The notes: a model not told the origin generated them from the letters alone. A stretch of DNA of 64,000 nt from Thermoplasmata archaeon (GCA_036404475.1 DASWZL010000107.1:77001-141000); one strand, 5' to 3'. Numbered from the stretch's first letter, positions 1-8,871 are shown. Made by a program: numbers and translations.

Positions 1-1
1 G

Positions 2-376
2 GCTCGAGCCCTGGCCGTGGAGCCGGCGGTCCTGCTCATGGACGAGCCGTTCAGCTCCCTCGACCCGCTCACCGCCGAGAGCCTCCGAGAGGAGGTTCTC
101 CAGCTCTGGCGGGACCCCCAGCTCCCCCCCGATGCCGTGCTGCTCGTCAGCCACAACATCGAGGAGGCGATCCAGCTGGCGGACCGAGTGATCGTTCTCT
201 CTCGGCGACCCGGTCAGATCCTCGCCCAGGTCGAGGTCGACCTTCCGAGGCCCCGGGACCGGAAGTCCACCGCGTTCTACGACCTCACCGACCGCGTCTA
301 CTCGCTCATCACGGAGGGAGGAACCGCTTTTGCGTCCCGGACCCGACCCGCGGAAGGGTCTGCCCCTGCCGGGTAA
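2..376 (+). CDS. NitT/TauT-family ABC transporter ATP-binding protein, C-terminal part (5'-truncated by window edge)
   Basis: ARALAVEPAVLLMDEPFSSLD (Walker B/D-loop), H-loop VSHNIEEA, tail LPRPRDR. Confidence 0.9.
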   Translation, partial: ARALAVEPAVLLMDEPFSSLDPLTAESLREEVLQLWRDPQLPPDAVLLVSHNIEEAIQLADRVIVLSRRPGQILAQVEVDLPRPRDRKSTAFYDLTDRVYSLITEGGTAFASRTRPAEGSAPAG

Positions 377-421
377 GACTTATAGAACGGTTCTTGGTAG
401 GGTCGACTCCTGGGGACCGAC

Positions 422-1042
422 GTGCCGACGACCTTCCCGAAGTGCAACCCAACCGAAATGATGGGGTTGCTGGTCCTCCTGAACTCCCACAAGGGTTCCG
501 AGGACGTAGCCCTCCTCGCGGACGACCTCGACCTCGAGATCGACGAGATCTTTCCCGCCCTCGAGTTCGCCGAGGTCCTCCAGCTCGTGAAGGTCGTGGA
601 CGGGCGGGCCACCTTCACCGATCTCGGGAAGAAGCTCATGGGCGGTTCGATCCGGGACCGCAAGGCGATCATCCGCGACCAGCTGCGCAAGACGACGCTC
701 TTCAAGACCCTGCTCCACGCCCTGGAAAGCGCGCCGGAGCACTCGCTCTCCGACGAGGACCTCGGCCAGATCGTCTCCTTCACCACCGCCCCGGCCGACG
801 AGGCGGTGCAGAACATCGTCAACTGGGGACGCTACGCCGACCTCTTCCGCTACGATTCCGCCGAGCAGCGCCTGATCCTGACACGACGTTCGTCGACCGG
901 AAAGGGCAGCTCAGGTCAGTCCCATCCTCCCTCACCTCCCGCGATTCCAGGGGAAGGCTCCTCGTCGGGTTCGAGAACGTCGGCCCCGGGCTCATCGGGA
1001 CCCGAAATCCGGACCGCGGTGGTACTGACCGCCACGAGCTGA
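422..1042 (+). CDS. Stand-alone AAA-associated (NitT/TauT ATPase C-terminal-like) winged-helix protein
   Basis: LADDLDLEIDEIFP...AEVLQL and NWGRYADLFRYD match the domain usually fused to NitT/TauT ATPases; TATA-like cttata at 379-384. Confidence 0.75.
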   Translation: MPTTFPKCNPTEMMGLLVLLNSHKGSEDVALLADDLDLEIDEIFPALEFAEVLQLVKVVDGRATFTDLGKKLMGGSIRDRKAIIRDQLRKTTLFKTLLHALESAPEHSLSDEDLGQIVSFTTAPADEAVQNIVNWGRYADLFRYDSAEQRLILTRRSSTGKGSSGQSHPPSPPAIPGEGSSSGSRTSAPGSSGPEIRTAVVLTATS

Positions 1043-1180
1043 GCTCGACCCTCCCTTCGGGACCAAGAATCCCTCAGACTCGCTTTCACATAGCTCGGTC
1101 CGTTCTCTCGCGCCCGCCGGTATCCGCGACCATCCGACGCGCGGCGAGGCCATCCCACGGCGAGGACGAGTTTCCAAAGG

Positions 1181-1187
1181 ACTTAAG
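1181..1187 (+). promoter_or_regulatory. Putative TATA box of the tRNA-Ala gene
   Basis: acttaag, preceded by a purine-rich stretch, about 26-32 nt upstream of the tRNA 5' end. Confidence 0.5.
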
Positions 1188-1212
1188 GGGACATCCCTAT
1201 CCCCGCCTCCGC

Positions 1213-1284
1213 GGGCACGTAGATCAGCGGAAGATCGCTGCTTTCGCAAAGCAGAGGTCGGGGGTTCAAATCCCCCCGTGTCCA
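1213..1284 (+). tRNA. tRNA-Ala(CGC), intronless, CCA not encoded
   Basis: Cloverleaf: acceptor GGGCACG/CGTGTCC with G3:U70 Ala determinant, D-arm GATC/GATC, anticodon arm CTGCT-TT CGC AA-AGCAG, T-arm GGGGG-TTCAAAT-CCCCC, discriminator A. Confidence 0.96.
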
Positions 1285-1303
1285 CTAGTGTCTAAACCCA
1301 TTC
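1272..1303 (+). repeat. Direct repeat copy 1 (tRNA-Ala 3' end plus flank; att-like)
   Basis: ccccccgtgtccactagtgtctaaacccattc; 30/32 identical to 3180-3211. Confidence 0.85.
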
Positions 1304-1645
1304 GGGTTCAAACCCCCCTGGAGCTCGGCCTTTCCTCCGAGATCCAAAGACCGGCTCCATGACGGAATGGTCATGGGCATGATGAGTGAATCCTCAGGGG
1401 CGTTCCAACCGCCCTCTGGAAGAGGGGGATTTGTCACAACACTCTTGCCTGGCGCTCTTTGAGGCCTTCTATGGGCTATCCCGACCGACCACCCACCTGG
1501 GTGAAGCGAGCCGGTATGTGGTGGACGGCGTGCTCGCCCTACAGACTGTCCCGAGGGCAGGGCGGCTCCTGCGACCGCTTCTCCCGTTCCTCGCACGAGC
1601 CGACTGGGCCTTAGCGTTCGATCCCGATGTATCACAGCGTGGCGA

Positions 1646-2680
1646 TCAATGTATCGCGAGCGGGTGCTCGCCTAACAAGTCATCGAGACGATACCCCTCA
1701 ATCGACCCCTCATACTCCTTCAACAAAGCCGCAACCATTTTTGCCGCCTCGACAGGGTATTTCCCGATGGCGGTCTCCGCAGCAAGAACCAAGCCATCCG
1801 CTCCATCCAGCAGGGTGCTAATGACATCGTTCACCTCCGCCCGCGTCGGGGTGCGCCTCGTAACCATGGATTCCAGTAGATTCGTAGCGACGTAGACAGG
1901 GGTTCCCAGCGCGTTTGCCTTGCGAATGATCCACTTCTGGAGTAACGGAATGGCCTCGAGTCTGACCTCTCGGGAAAGATCGCCTCGGTCGATGATAATG
2001 CCGTCCACCTTCTGCGCTATTCCCTCCAGATTCCGTACGCCTTCTCGACTTTCGATCTTGGCGATGATGGCGTCTTTTGGCCCTATCATCTCTCGGAGCC
2101 GGTCTACGGCACTCGGATGGTCGCAAAAGGAAAGATGAAACACATGGATTTGGTTTTGAACTGCGATTTGGATGGCGAAGAGGTCCTTTTCCGAGAAGGC
2201 AGATAGTTGCGGCGAAGGAAAGGCGGTGACGGCCTGGTGCGATTCTATCTCACCTCCCGTGACGACCGTGGCCTCGGCGGCGCCACCGCCTACCCTGTCG
2301 ATTCGGAGAATGACCGAGTCAAAACCGATGCTCATCCGCGTCGCAGGCCTGAGCTCTCTGACGGCACTTCCTGGGGTGAGCGGGATGGTGGATGCGTCGC
2401 CCTTGATCGCCTCGGAAACCAAGCGCACTTGGTCCCCCTCACGAACCGCTACCCCGTCGTTCACAACGCCCGTCCGGATCTGCGCTCCTTCAGTATCAAT
2501 GGCAATGGGCACTTGGGTGCACTTCTGGATGAAATGGACGACACGTTCTAAGTCGGCAATGTCGGTGTGCGACAAGTTGATTCGGAAACTCGTGACGCCC
2601 GTCGCTTCGAGTTGAGAGATCACCCCCTCTTTCAGCGAGCTGGGGCCAAGAGTGCAGATCAACGTTTTTTGGGCAGGCAT
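1646..2680 (-). CDS. pyk: Pyruvate kinase, short divergent form lacking the C-terminal domain
   Basis: ICTLGPS, FRINLSH, IIAKIES, DRGDL, ATNLLESM, PTRAEVND, ETAIGKYPVEA. Confidence 0.88.
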   Translation of the reverse strand: MPAQKTLICTLGPSSLKEGVISQLEATGVTSFRINLSHTDIADLERVVHFIQKCTQVPIAIDTEGAQIRTGVVNDGVAVREGDQVRLVSEAIKGDASTIPLTPGSAVRELRPATRMSIGFDSVILRIDRVGGGAAEATVVTGGEIESHQAVTAFPSPQLSAFSEKDLFAIQIAVQNQIHVFHLSFCDHPSAVDRLREMIGPKDAIIAKIESREGVRNLEGIAQKVDGIIIDRGDLSREVRLEAIPLLQKWIIRKANALGTPVYVATNLLESMVTRRTPTRAEVNDVISTLLDGADGLVLAAETAIGKYPVEAAKMVAALLKEYEGSIEGYRLDDLLGEHPLAIH

Positions 2681-3179
2681 CTGTTACCTCTCCGAGTTCG
2701 TGAGCGTCCGGGGTTACCCGTGTTCAGCCACCACCGAGTGGTACCGAACTTCCAGCAGCCAAGATTAACTTTAAGGATTTGGCGAGAGCGGAGCGTGACT
2801 GAAACCTCCTCTCCACACGGGGACGATCCTGGTCTTCTCATCCTTGAAAGTGTGTGTAACTCCAATCGTACTTGCCCGCGGGTTGCTTCAGGGAGCTTCG
2901 GAAACAATCACGTTGCGGGCGAGGTGAAGATGCGCGAAGGTGACGCGTTCTTTAACGAGAGATCCCACAATCGAGCGTTCGAACCGATTTCTAACAACGG
3001 GGTTGTATAGTAGGGGATTTCCCGCCGTGGAGGAATGGTTCCCAGACTGCGGTCCTCCGGTCGATGTGGATCGCTCCGTCAACCCCTTCTCGCAGACTCG
3101 CCTCTCGAAGTGGGACGGCGGTCGAAGGCCCGCCTGGACCAGGTCTTTGCCTCGGTTTTGAACCCTTAACGGTCTGATG

Positions 3180-3211
3180 CCCCCCGTGTCCATTAGTATC
3201 TAAACCCATTC
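3180..3211 (+). repeat. Direct repeat copy 2 (duplicated tRNA-Ala 3' end; att-like)
   Basis: ccccccgtgtccattagtatctaaacccattc. Confidence 0.85.
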
Positions 3212-3399
3212 CCGGCGAAATCCCCCTGTGGCTGCTCCTCCCGGTGGGTGTGAAACCGTCCGCGGGAGGTTGGTGAAGGGAGCGCGCGATCGATGACGAA
3301 CCATTCTGAGGCGGGGTCGCCCCCTCAGCGGAATGCTTGGATCAGCGGGTTCTGCGCGTGTATGCGTTCCAATAGGGGCCGTCGGCTCACGGACGACCG

Positions 3400-4089
3400 C
3401 TAGCCGCGGTTGCGGATTCCCTTCCTGGTCACGGCGGGAATGGATACGACCTGAGGTAGGTTCACCAGTCCGAGGAAAATCAGAATGACCCCGATGAACT
3501 CCGAGTAGTAGAGTGCGACGGGGAACGAGGCGATGTAGAGCGCCCCTCCACCGGCCAGAACGCACGCTCCAACCCCCATCATCAACGTCTGCCAGTTCCA
3601 TCGCCTTCGCAACGCGACGACGACCGCGCCGAGCAGGACGAATGTCGCGGGCACCGTGACCAGAGAGGAGAGGAGGATCAACAGCAGGGGGGGGTTTCCC
3701 GAGACGACGCCCGCGGAGACCATCGTGCTCGGCATGGAGGTAGTGAAGCTGAAGACCGCGATCACCCCGCACGCCGCGAGTATGTAAGCCGTGTAGCCGA
3801 GCTCGAAGCGACGGCTGCGAAGGACCCGAGTTGACCCTAAGGAGAGAACGCCGACGATGGCGGCCGAGAGGAAGACGTACGTCTGGAGAAGGAGACCGTT
3901 AGCGAACCCGGCGTACACCACCAGCTCCACCGCCGTGGCGAGCGAGGCGAGCCCGAGCCCGGCACCCCACATCAGCTGAGTTCGGGACCGGGCCCGGAGG
4001 GAGCGGAGGAGGCCGCGCGCCGACAGCCCTCCGAGAATCGCAGTGAGGGCGGCCAGCGATATTGGAACCCCGAGCGAGACCGCGTCCAT
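3400..4089 (-). CDS. Uncharacterised 7-TM membrane protein (paralog of 34175-34867)
   Basis: ATG at 4089 after GGAGGGG; about 7 hydrophobic helices; strong similarity to 34175-34867. Confidence 0.85.
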   Translation of the reverse strand: MDAVSLGVPISLAALTAILGGLSARGLLRSLRARSRTQLMWGAGLGLASLATAVELVVYAGFANGLLLQTYVFLSAAIVGVLSLGSTRVLRSRRFELGYTAYILAACGVIAVFSFTTSMPSTMVSAGVVSGNPPLLLILLSSLVTVPATFVLLGAVVVALRRRWNWQTLMMGVGACVLAGGGALYIASFPVALYYSEFIGVILIFLGLVNLPQVVSIPAVTRKGIRNRG

Positions 4090-4117
4090 CCCCCCTCCCG
4101 AGCGCCGCGGGCCCTCC

Positions 4118-5755
4118 CTACGGTGTCGTCTTGCCAGCCTCGGGCGTCGCCTTGGGTTTGGTCCTGCCGTTGCTCCGTACGGGCGGGACGGACTCACCGT
4201 CCAAGAATTTCTCGGGCACTCCGCGGAACACGGCCACCATCGCCGCGAGGATGAACAGGCCCATCAGCACGAACCCGACGTTGAACAGCCAGTACGCCCA
4301 GCTCCCCTGCTGCCAGTCGAGGAACGAGTAGTAGTACCCCCCCACCAGCGCGAGCAGGATCGACAACATCGCGAACCCTGCAATCGGAGTTCGACTGCCC
4401 CGTTGGCCCACGTAGAAGTCCACGGCGAGCAGGGCCATGCAGATGGCGGGGATCCCGATGAGGGCGAAGTACTGCAGAGCCCCGAACGTGAGGTCCTGCG
4501 GAGCGCCGGAAAGGGACGCCTCGTTGAACTCGATGTAGAATCCCATGATCGGCGTCGCGATGAACGCGAAGATCCACGTGGCGAGGATCGACGCCCGCAC
4601 GGGGTCTCGCCACGTCGGGGTTCCTCGCGCCCTCATGAAGAAGAGGGGAACGAGCACGATCATCGCCCCGATCGCTGCCCACAGCATCGTGGTGTCGTCG
4701 CTCGCCATGCCGTTCGCGGCGGTGTACGAGTAGAACTGGATCGACCCCCCGGGGTCGCTCGCGAACAAGAGCGGAGGGACTCCGTTCGGGAATACGGTCG
4801 TGTACGTCTCAAGGAAGAACATGATGCTGAGAGCGATCACTCCGGTGATTGCGACCCAGAGCCCCACCACGGAGACGGTCCGCTTCCAGCCGGTGGAGTG
4901 CAGGACTTCGAACCGCTGGGCGGTGACTGCCACGATGCCGAGGATCAGACACATCACGATCGCGTGGGAGTGGGACCCCATCGCCGACCCAAGGACGGCC
5001 GAGGGCCCGCCGAGCCAGTTGACGTACCCGCTGAGCAACCCCGGGGACTGGCCGATGTCGATCACAAAGTAGTTCATCCAAAACACGACGAACCCGGTAA
5101 TCCCCGCGATGAACGTCCCGATCACCGTCACGAACGTGAGCCAGTACGCCGAGTCCATCTTGCGGAACTGCTTCCACGAGGGGAGGCTCGCCCATCGGGG
5201 AATCATTCCGAACATGTTCTTGTCCGGGTCGTACGTCCCCTCCATTTTGGCGGGAAGGAGGTACAGCTCGACGAGCAGGGCACCGCCCACATCGGCGAGA
5301 AGGATGAGGCCCGTGAGGATGAGGGCGAGCGGGATTGGGGCGAGCTGTTGGTTGAACACCGGCCGCAGGTAGAAGAACGCGCCAATCGCGGCGACCACGT
5401 TCGCGACGAGCGCGCGGTACGAGAGAGGGAAGTCGATGGGGGGCTCGTACTTGTCGAGATCGAACGCCATGAAGACGAGGTAGACCCCGAGCGCAGCAAA
5501 CCCGATCGCGATCGAATGGAAGTAGAGGTCGGAGGCGCCGAACGAGAACGTGGGAGGGATCGTTCCCTGGGCGTCCGGCGAAAGTCCCAGCACGAAGTAG
5601 AGAAGGGACATCACTCCGATGATGAGCAAAGTGATCCAGACGTACGTCTTCTGAGGGTGGAGGTATCCTCGCTTGGTCATCAGATACCGGCTCGCCGGCT
5701 TCAACTTCGGTGCGGTCGGCGCCGGGGCTGGGTCGCTCGTCGCTTCAGGTGCCAT
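4118..5755 (-). CDS. 12-TM His-containing membrane protein, possible heme-binding (HCO subunit I/NnrS-like architecture)
   Basis: About 12 TM segments; YFHS (H80) in TM2 and GSHSH (H262/H264) in TM6; function inferred. Confidence 0.7.
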   Translation of the reverse strand: MAPEATSDPAPAPTAPKLKPASRYLMTKRGYLHPQKTYVWITLLIIGVMSLLYFVLGLSPDAQGTIPPTFSFGASDLYFHSIAIGFAALGVYLVFMAFDLDKYEPPIDFPLSYRALVANVVAAIGAFFYLRPVFNQQLAPIPLALILTGLILLADVGGALLVELYLLPAKMEGTYDPDKNMFGMIPRWASLPSWKQFRKMDSAYWLTFVTVIGTFIAGITGFVVFWMNYFVIDIGQSPGLLSGYVNWLGGPSAVLGSAMGSHSHAIVMCLILGIVAVTAQRFEVLHSTGWKRTVSVVGLWVAITGVIALSIMFFLETYTTVFPNGVPPLLFASDPGGSIQFYSYTAANGMASDDTTMLWAAIGAMIVLVPLFFMRARGTPTWRDPVRASILATWIFAFIATPIMGFYIEFNEASLSGAPQDLTFGALQYFALIGIPAICMALLAVDFYVGQRGSRTPIAGFAMLSILLALVGGYYYSFLDWQQGSWAYWLFNVGFVLMGLFILAAMVAVFRGVPEKFLDGESVPPVRSNGRTKPKATPEAGKTTP

Positions 5756-6034
5756 TGTCTTCCTCGGGCCCGCCGATTCGGAGGGCGCGTGCTTTCCGAC
5801 TACGTCGAATCGACGAGCCCGCGCGTCCGGAGGAACTCCCCCGGATGCGTTGCTGACCGTCGGTCGTCGATACTGACGTGACCGGCCTCAGTCCTCTCGC
5901 ACTAGGGCCTGAGGAAAAGTCGCTACGTGAAATCGACTTGACCAAGACATCATGTTCCGTTCGGGTGCCCTTTCTGGAACGAACACCCTTCGATGTCCTC
6001 GAGGGGGGCGAGAATCAATCGTCCGGGCGATCTC

Positions 6035-6985
6035 ATGGATTTGGTCGAGAGTCCCGGCAGGTTCGAGATTCCGACCGACCTTGCGGTAGCGGCCCGCGCT
6101 CCGACGCTGCCCTGGTGGGACAGTGTCCTGGCCTACGGCGAGTTGTTGAAACCGAGGATGGTCGCGCTCCTGGTCTTCACGGCCGCCGTGGGGATGGTGG
6201 TCGCGACAAGTTCCTACGGGCTGACCCTGAGCGTGGGGACGTGGGTCTCGGGACTGGTTGCCATCACTGCCGGTACCGCGGGCTGCAACGCCCTCACCGG
6301 CTACATCGATCGGGACATCGACCGTGTGATGGAACGGACCCATGACCGTCCCTTGTGCACGGGCCGGATTACTCCGGCCTCTCGGGCCGTCGCCCTCGGT
6401 GCGGGACTCCTCGGTGTGTCGCTCGTCCTCTCCGGGTTGCGGAACCCCCTCGCCTTAGGTTTGATGACGCTTGGAATCGTCGATAATGTTGTGATCTACA
6501 GCCTCTGGCTCAAGCGGACGAGTCGGTGGAACATCGTGCTCGGCGGTATCTCGGGCGGCATGCCCGTGGCCTTTGGTTGGGCCTACGCTTCCGGTACCCT
6601 GGGTCTGGCGGCGGTGCTTCTCGCAGCCCTGGTGATCCTGTGGACGCCGACTCACATCTGGAGTCTCGCCTTACGCTATCGGGAGGACTACACCCGGGCC
6701 GGAATCCCGATGCTGCCCGTTGTGACGAACGAAAGGACCGCGCTGCGATGTATGGTGGTAACGGGAGCGCTCCTCGTACCCTTCAGCCTGGCCCTTCCCC
6801 TCGCCACTCCCATCGCCGGCATCGGCTATGTATTGGTGGCTGGTGTGTTGGGGATTCCCCTCCTCGCGTTGAGCGTCTTGCTGTGGCTCCGGCCAACCCA
6901 AGCCGGCGCCTGGACTCTGTTCAAGTTTTCCAGTCCGTACTTGGCGATCGTCTTCCTTGCCTTGGTCGTCAGCGCCCTTTGGTGA
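6035..6985 (+). CDS. ctaB: Protoheme IX farnesyltransferase (heme O synthase)
   Basis: LLKPR, YIDRDIDRVMERTHDRPL, YSLWLKR, WTPTHIWSLA, DYTRAGIPMLPV; upstream ATG at 5993 also possible. Confidence 0.93.
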   Translation: MDLVESPGRFEIPTDLAVAARAPTLPWWDSVLAYGELLKPRMVALLVFTAAVGMVVATSSYGLTLSVGTWVSGLVAITAGTAGCNALTGYIDRDIDRVMERTHDRPLCTGRITPASRAVALGAGLLGVSLVLSGLRNPLALGLMTLGIVDNVVIYSLWLKRTSRWNIVLGGISGGMPVAFGWAYASGTLGLAAVLLAALVILWTPTHIWSLALRYREDYTRAGIPMLPVVTNERTALRCMVVTGALLVPFSLALPLATPIAGIGYVLVAGVLGIPLLALSVLLWLRPTQAGAWTLFKFSSPYLAIVFLALVVSALW

Positions 6986-7227
6986 GATTGGGCGAGGGAT
7001 GGCCTTCTGGGCCAATGCGATCCCAGCGAGCCAGTACTCGTGAACAACGATCTCGGCTCGGTTCCACGATGGACCGGTCGGAATCGGCACTGAGAGCGCC
7101 GATTTGGAACGCGGGCGCACGGGGTGGGCCGACAGGTTGACGGCACGCGGCTCCCGCAGATCGCGCTCGGTTCTCACCCGCGGACGGCTGCCTCCGGGCA
7201 GAGCCGCAGGTCGGGCTCGGGGCCTTC

Positions 7228-7869
7228 CTACGACCGACTCACCGGATCACGTCGCGTACGGAAGTGCGGCGGAGCCGGGCCGGTCGTCTTGGGTTCTGCG
7301 GGGACGCGGGCTCGCCGGGAAGCGAACGGGGAGGAGGCACGAGGAATCCGCTCCGGGGCCCTTGCGCGGCTCGGTACGGTCGCGCGCACGAAGACTCCGG
7401 CTCCGAAGGCGCGCTCGTCGAAGAGCTTGACCGTTCTCGGACGGAAACGGAATAGCTTGGGAGCAAGCGCTCCCTCGGCCGCCGATAGCGGGAGTTTCCA
7501 GTAGGCGTGACCCGGAAACCGTCGATCGTATGTCCGCTCGGCATCCCGGGCCGATTGGCCCACCGCGACCCGCCCGTTGCCGAAGAGCTGTAGGCCGCGG
7601 TCAGGTCGTCCCCACGACTGATCGGAATCGAAGATCGCAATCGCCATCGAGCGGTTCGTCATCAGATTGAGAGCGTGGCGCGTATCCGGGTACGAGTAGA
7701 AGTAGAACTCGAGGTCGGGAGTGTAGGCGAAGTAGGCCGTATTGATGTGGGCTTCTCCTCGGGGAGTCACGGTCGCGATCGCGCAGAGGCGGTTGCGCTC
7801 GAGAATCCGGAACAAGCACCGCGATATCTTCGGGTCCTCGAGGGGACGTTCGATGATCTCGAGGCTCAT
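7228..7869 (-). CDS. Pyridoxamine 5'-phosphate oxidase-like FMN-binding split-barrel protein
   Basis: IATVTPRGEAHINTAYFAY, TRHALNL, RGLQLFG. Confidence 0.75.
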   Translation of the reverse strand: MSLEIIERPLEDPKISRCLFRILERNRLCAIATVTPRGEAHINTAYFAYTPDLEFYFYSYPDTRHALNLMTNRSMAIAIFDSDQSWGRPDRGLQLFGNGRVAVGQSARDAERTYDRRFPGHAYWKLPLSAAEGALAPKLFRFRPRTVKLFDERAFGAGVFVRATVPSRARAPERIPRASSPFASRRARVPAEPKTTGPAPPHFRTRRDPVSRS

Positions 7870-8067
7870 TCCACAACCATGGGTCGGTACGCCGAGGCCG
7901 GTTATAAGAGCGCCTTAGGACAACATCCAGAGTCCAGGTCCGCTGCAGGCAGAACCACGGATCGCGGCGCCTCCGCCCCCAGCGTCCCCCCGGCCTCCGG
8001 ATTGCGTCAAACCGTGTTGAGCGGACGGTAATCAGGTCAGGAGTTAGTCAGGAGTTGATTCCTGCCC

Positions 8068-8520
8068 ATGCCCGTTGCTCCGACAATCGTCCTGACGGAG
8101 AAGGAGCGAACCCGACTCATAGAGGAGGCGCGCCACCGGTCACTTCCCCACAGGATTGTCTTGCGATTCCGCATCGTGCTGCGTGCTGCGGATGGGCGGA
8201 ACAATCGTGAGATTGCCGAGGAACTCAAGACGAGCACGGTCACGGTCGGCCTGTGGCGCCGTAGGTACGCCATCTCGGGCTTCGAAGGAATTCGGAAGGA
8301 CGCCCCCAGATCCGGGGGGAGACACCGACTCACTCCCACGCTCGTACGCAAGATTGTCGAAACAACGCTCAACACGGGTCTTCCCGGAGGCGGTCAATGG
8401 TCCTCCAGACGCCTTGCCGAACACTTGGGAATCAGCCATACGACGGTCCTACGAGTCTGGCGAGCTCACCGTCTCCGGGCGAAGCGGGCCTCGTTGGCCG
8501 CCCATCGGCTGCCGCCCTGA
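8068..8520 (+). mobile_element. IS630-family transposase N-terminal HTH fragment (no DDE domain)
   Basis: RIVLRAADGRNNREIA...TVGLWRRRY...DAPRSG...WSSRRLAEHLGISHTTVLRVW, ends before the catalytic domain. Confidence 0.8.
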
Positions 8521-8682
8521 CTGCTCTTCTAATCGGGAGAAGCCCGCGGTGGCCGTGCTGGTGGCCAGTCGGGTCGATGCCCCCGTCGGGAACGATCCAC
8601 CCGGGACAAACCATGGCGTTCGGTACGACCGCGTTTTCCGGCAACGGCTGCGTCGGTTGCCATTCGCAGGGGCAGCGGTCGC

Positions 8683-8871
8683 CTACGGCTCTGCCTCTAT
8701 GTTCTTGATCTTGCGATCCGCACTATCCAATGCGCGATCGTCCTCTTTTGCCTTGATCTTGTCTGAGGCACGACCGGTCTCGTCGGCCGTGTTCGCGGCG
8801 TCTTCCCACCGAACGGCGGCCTCCGCCCTCTCCTGGTTCGCCGCCTCGAGACGCTTGGCTTTGTCGGGCAC
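8683..8871 (-). CDS. Small charged helical hypothetical protein
   Basis: 62 aa, A/E/K/D/R-rich, unlike GC shadow ORFs. Confidence 0.4.
   Translation of the reverse strand: MPDKAKRLEAANQERAEAAVRWEDAANTADETGRASDKIKAKEDDRALDSADRKIKNIEAEP

Larger units (their letters stand above)
1285..3211. mobile_element. tRNA-Ala-anchored genomic islet (integrative element remnant, no integrase seen)
   Basis: Bounded by repeats of the tRNA 3' end; visibly more AT-rich than flanks; carries pyruvate kinase. Confidence 0.65.

Noticed and set aside
374..421. Stop-codon readthrough joining the ABC ATPase to the next in-frame ORF
   Set aside because: Three stops, including TAA, plus a TATA-like box in the gap
992..1285. 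ORF beginning MDTGGFEPPTS, resembling a split SSV-type integrase fragment
   Set aside because: It is the antisense reading of tRNA-Ala; no integrase catalytic motifs were seen on either side
4118..5755. Calling the 12-TM protein a bona fide cytochrome c oxidase or NO reductase subunit I
   Set aside because: Lacks the HPxVY/HLWVE and HH metal ligands, and there is no subunit II; kept only as a divergent fold hypothesis
4043..5881. Long Arg/His-rich ORFs opposite or overlapping real genes (also 13912-16038, 34952-37177, 54852-56549, 33557-34990)
   Set aside because: Shadow frames typical of high-GC coding DNA; the overlapping frame has recognisable motifs
5905..5995. gaggaaaagtc resembling the RNase P RNA 5' motif
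   Set aside because: Does not match GAGGAAAGUCC, has no 3' partner motif, and there is too little space before ctaB
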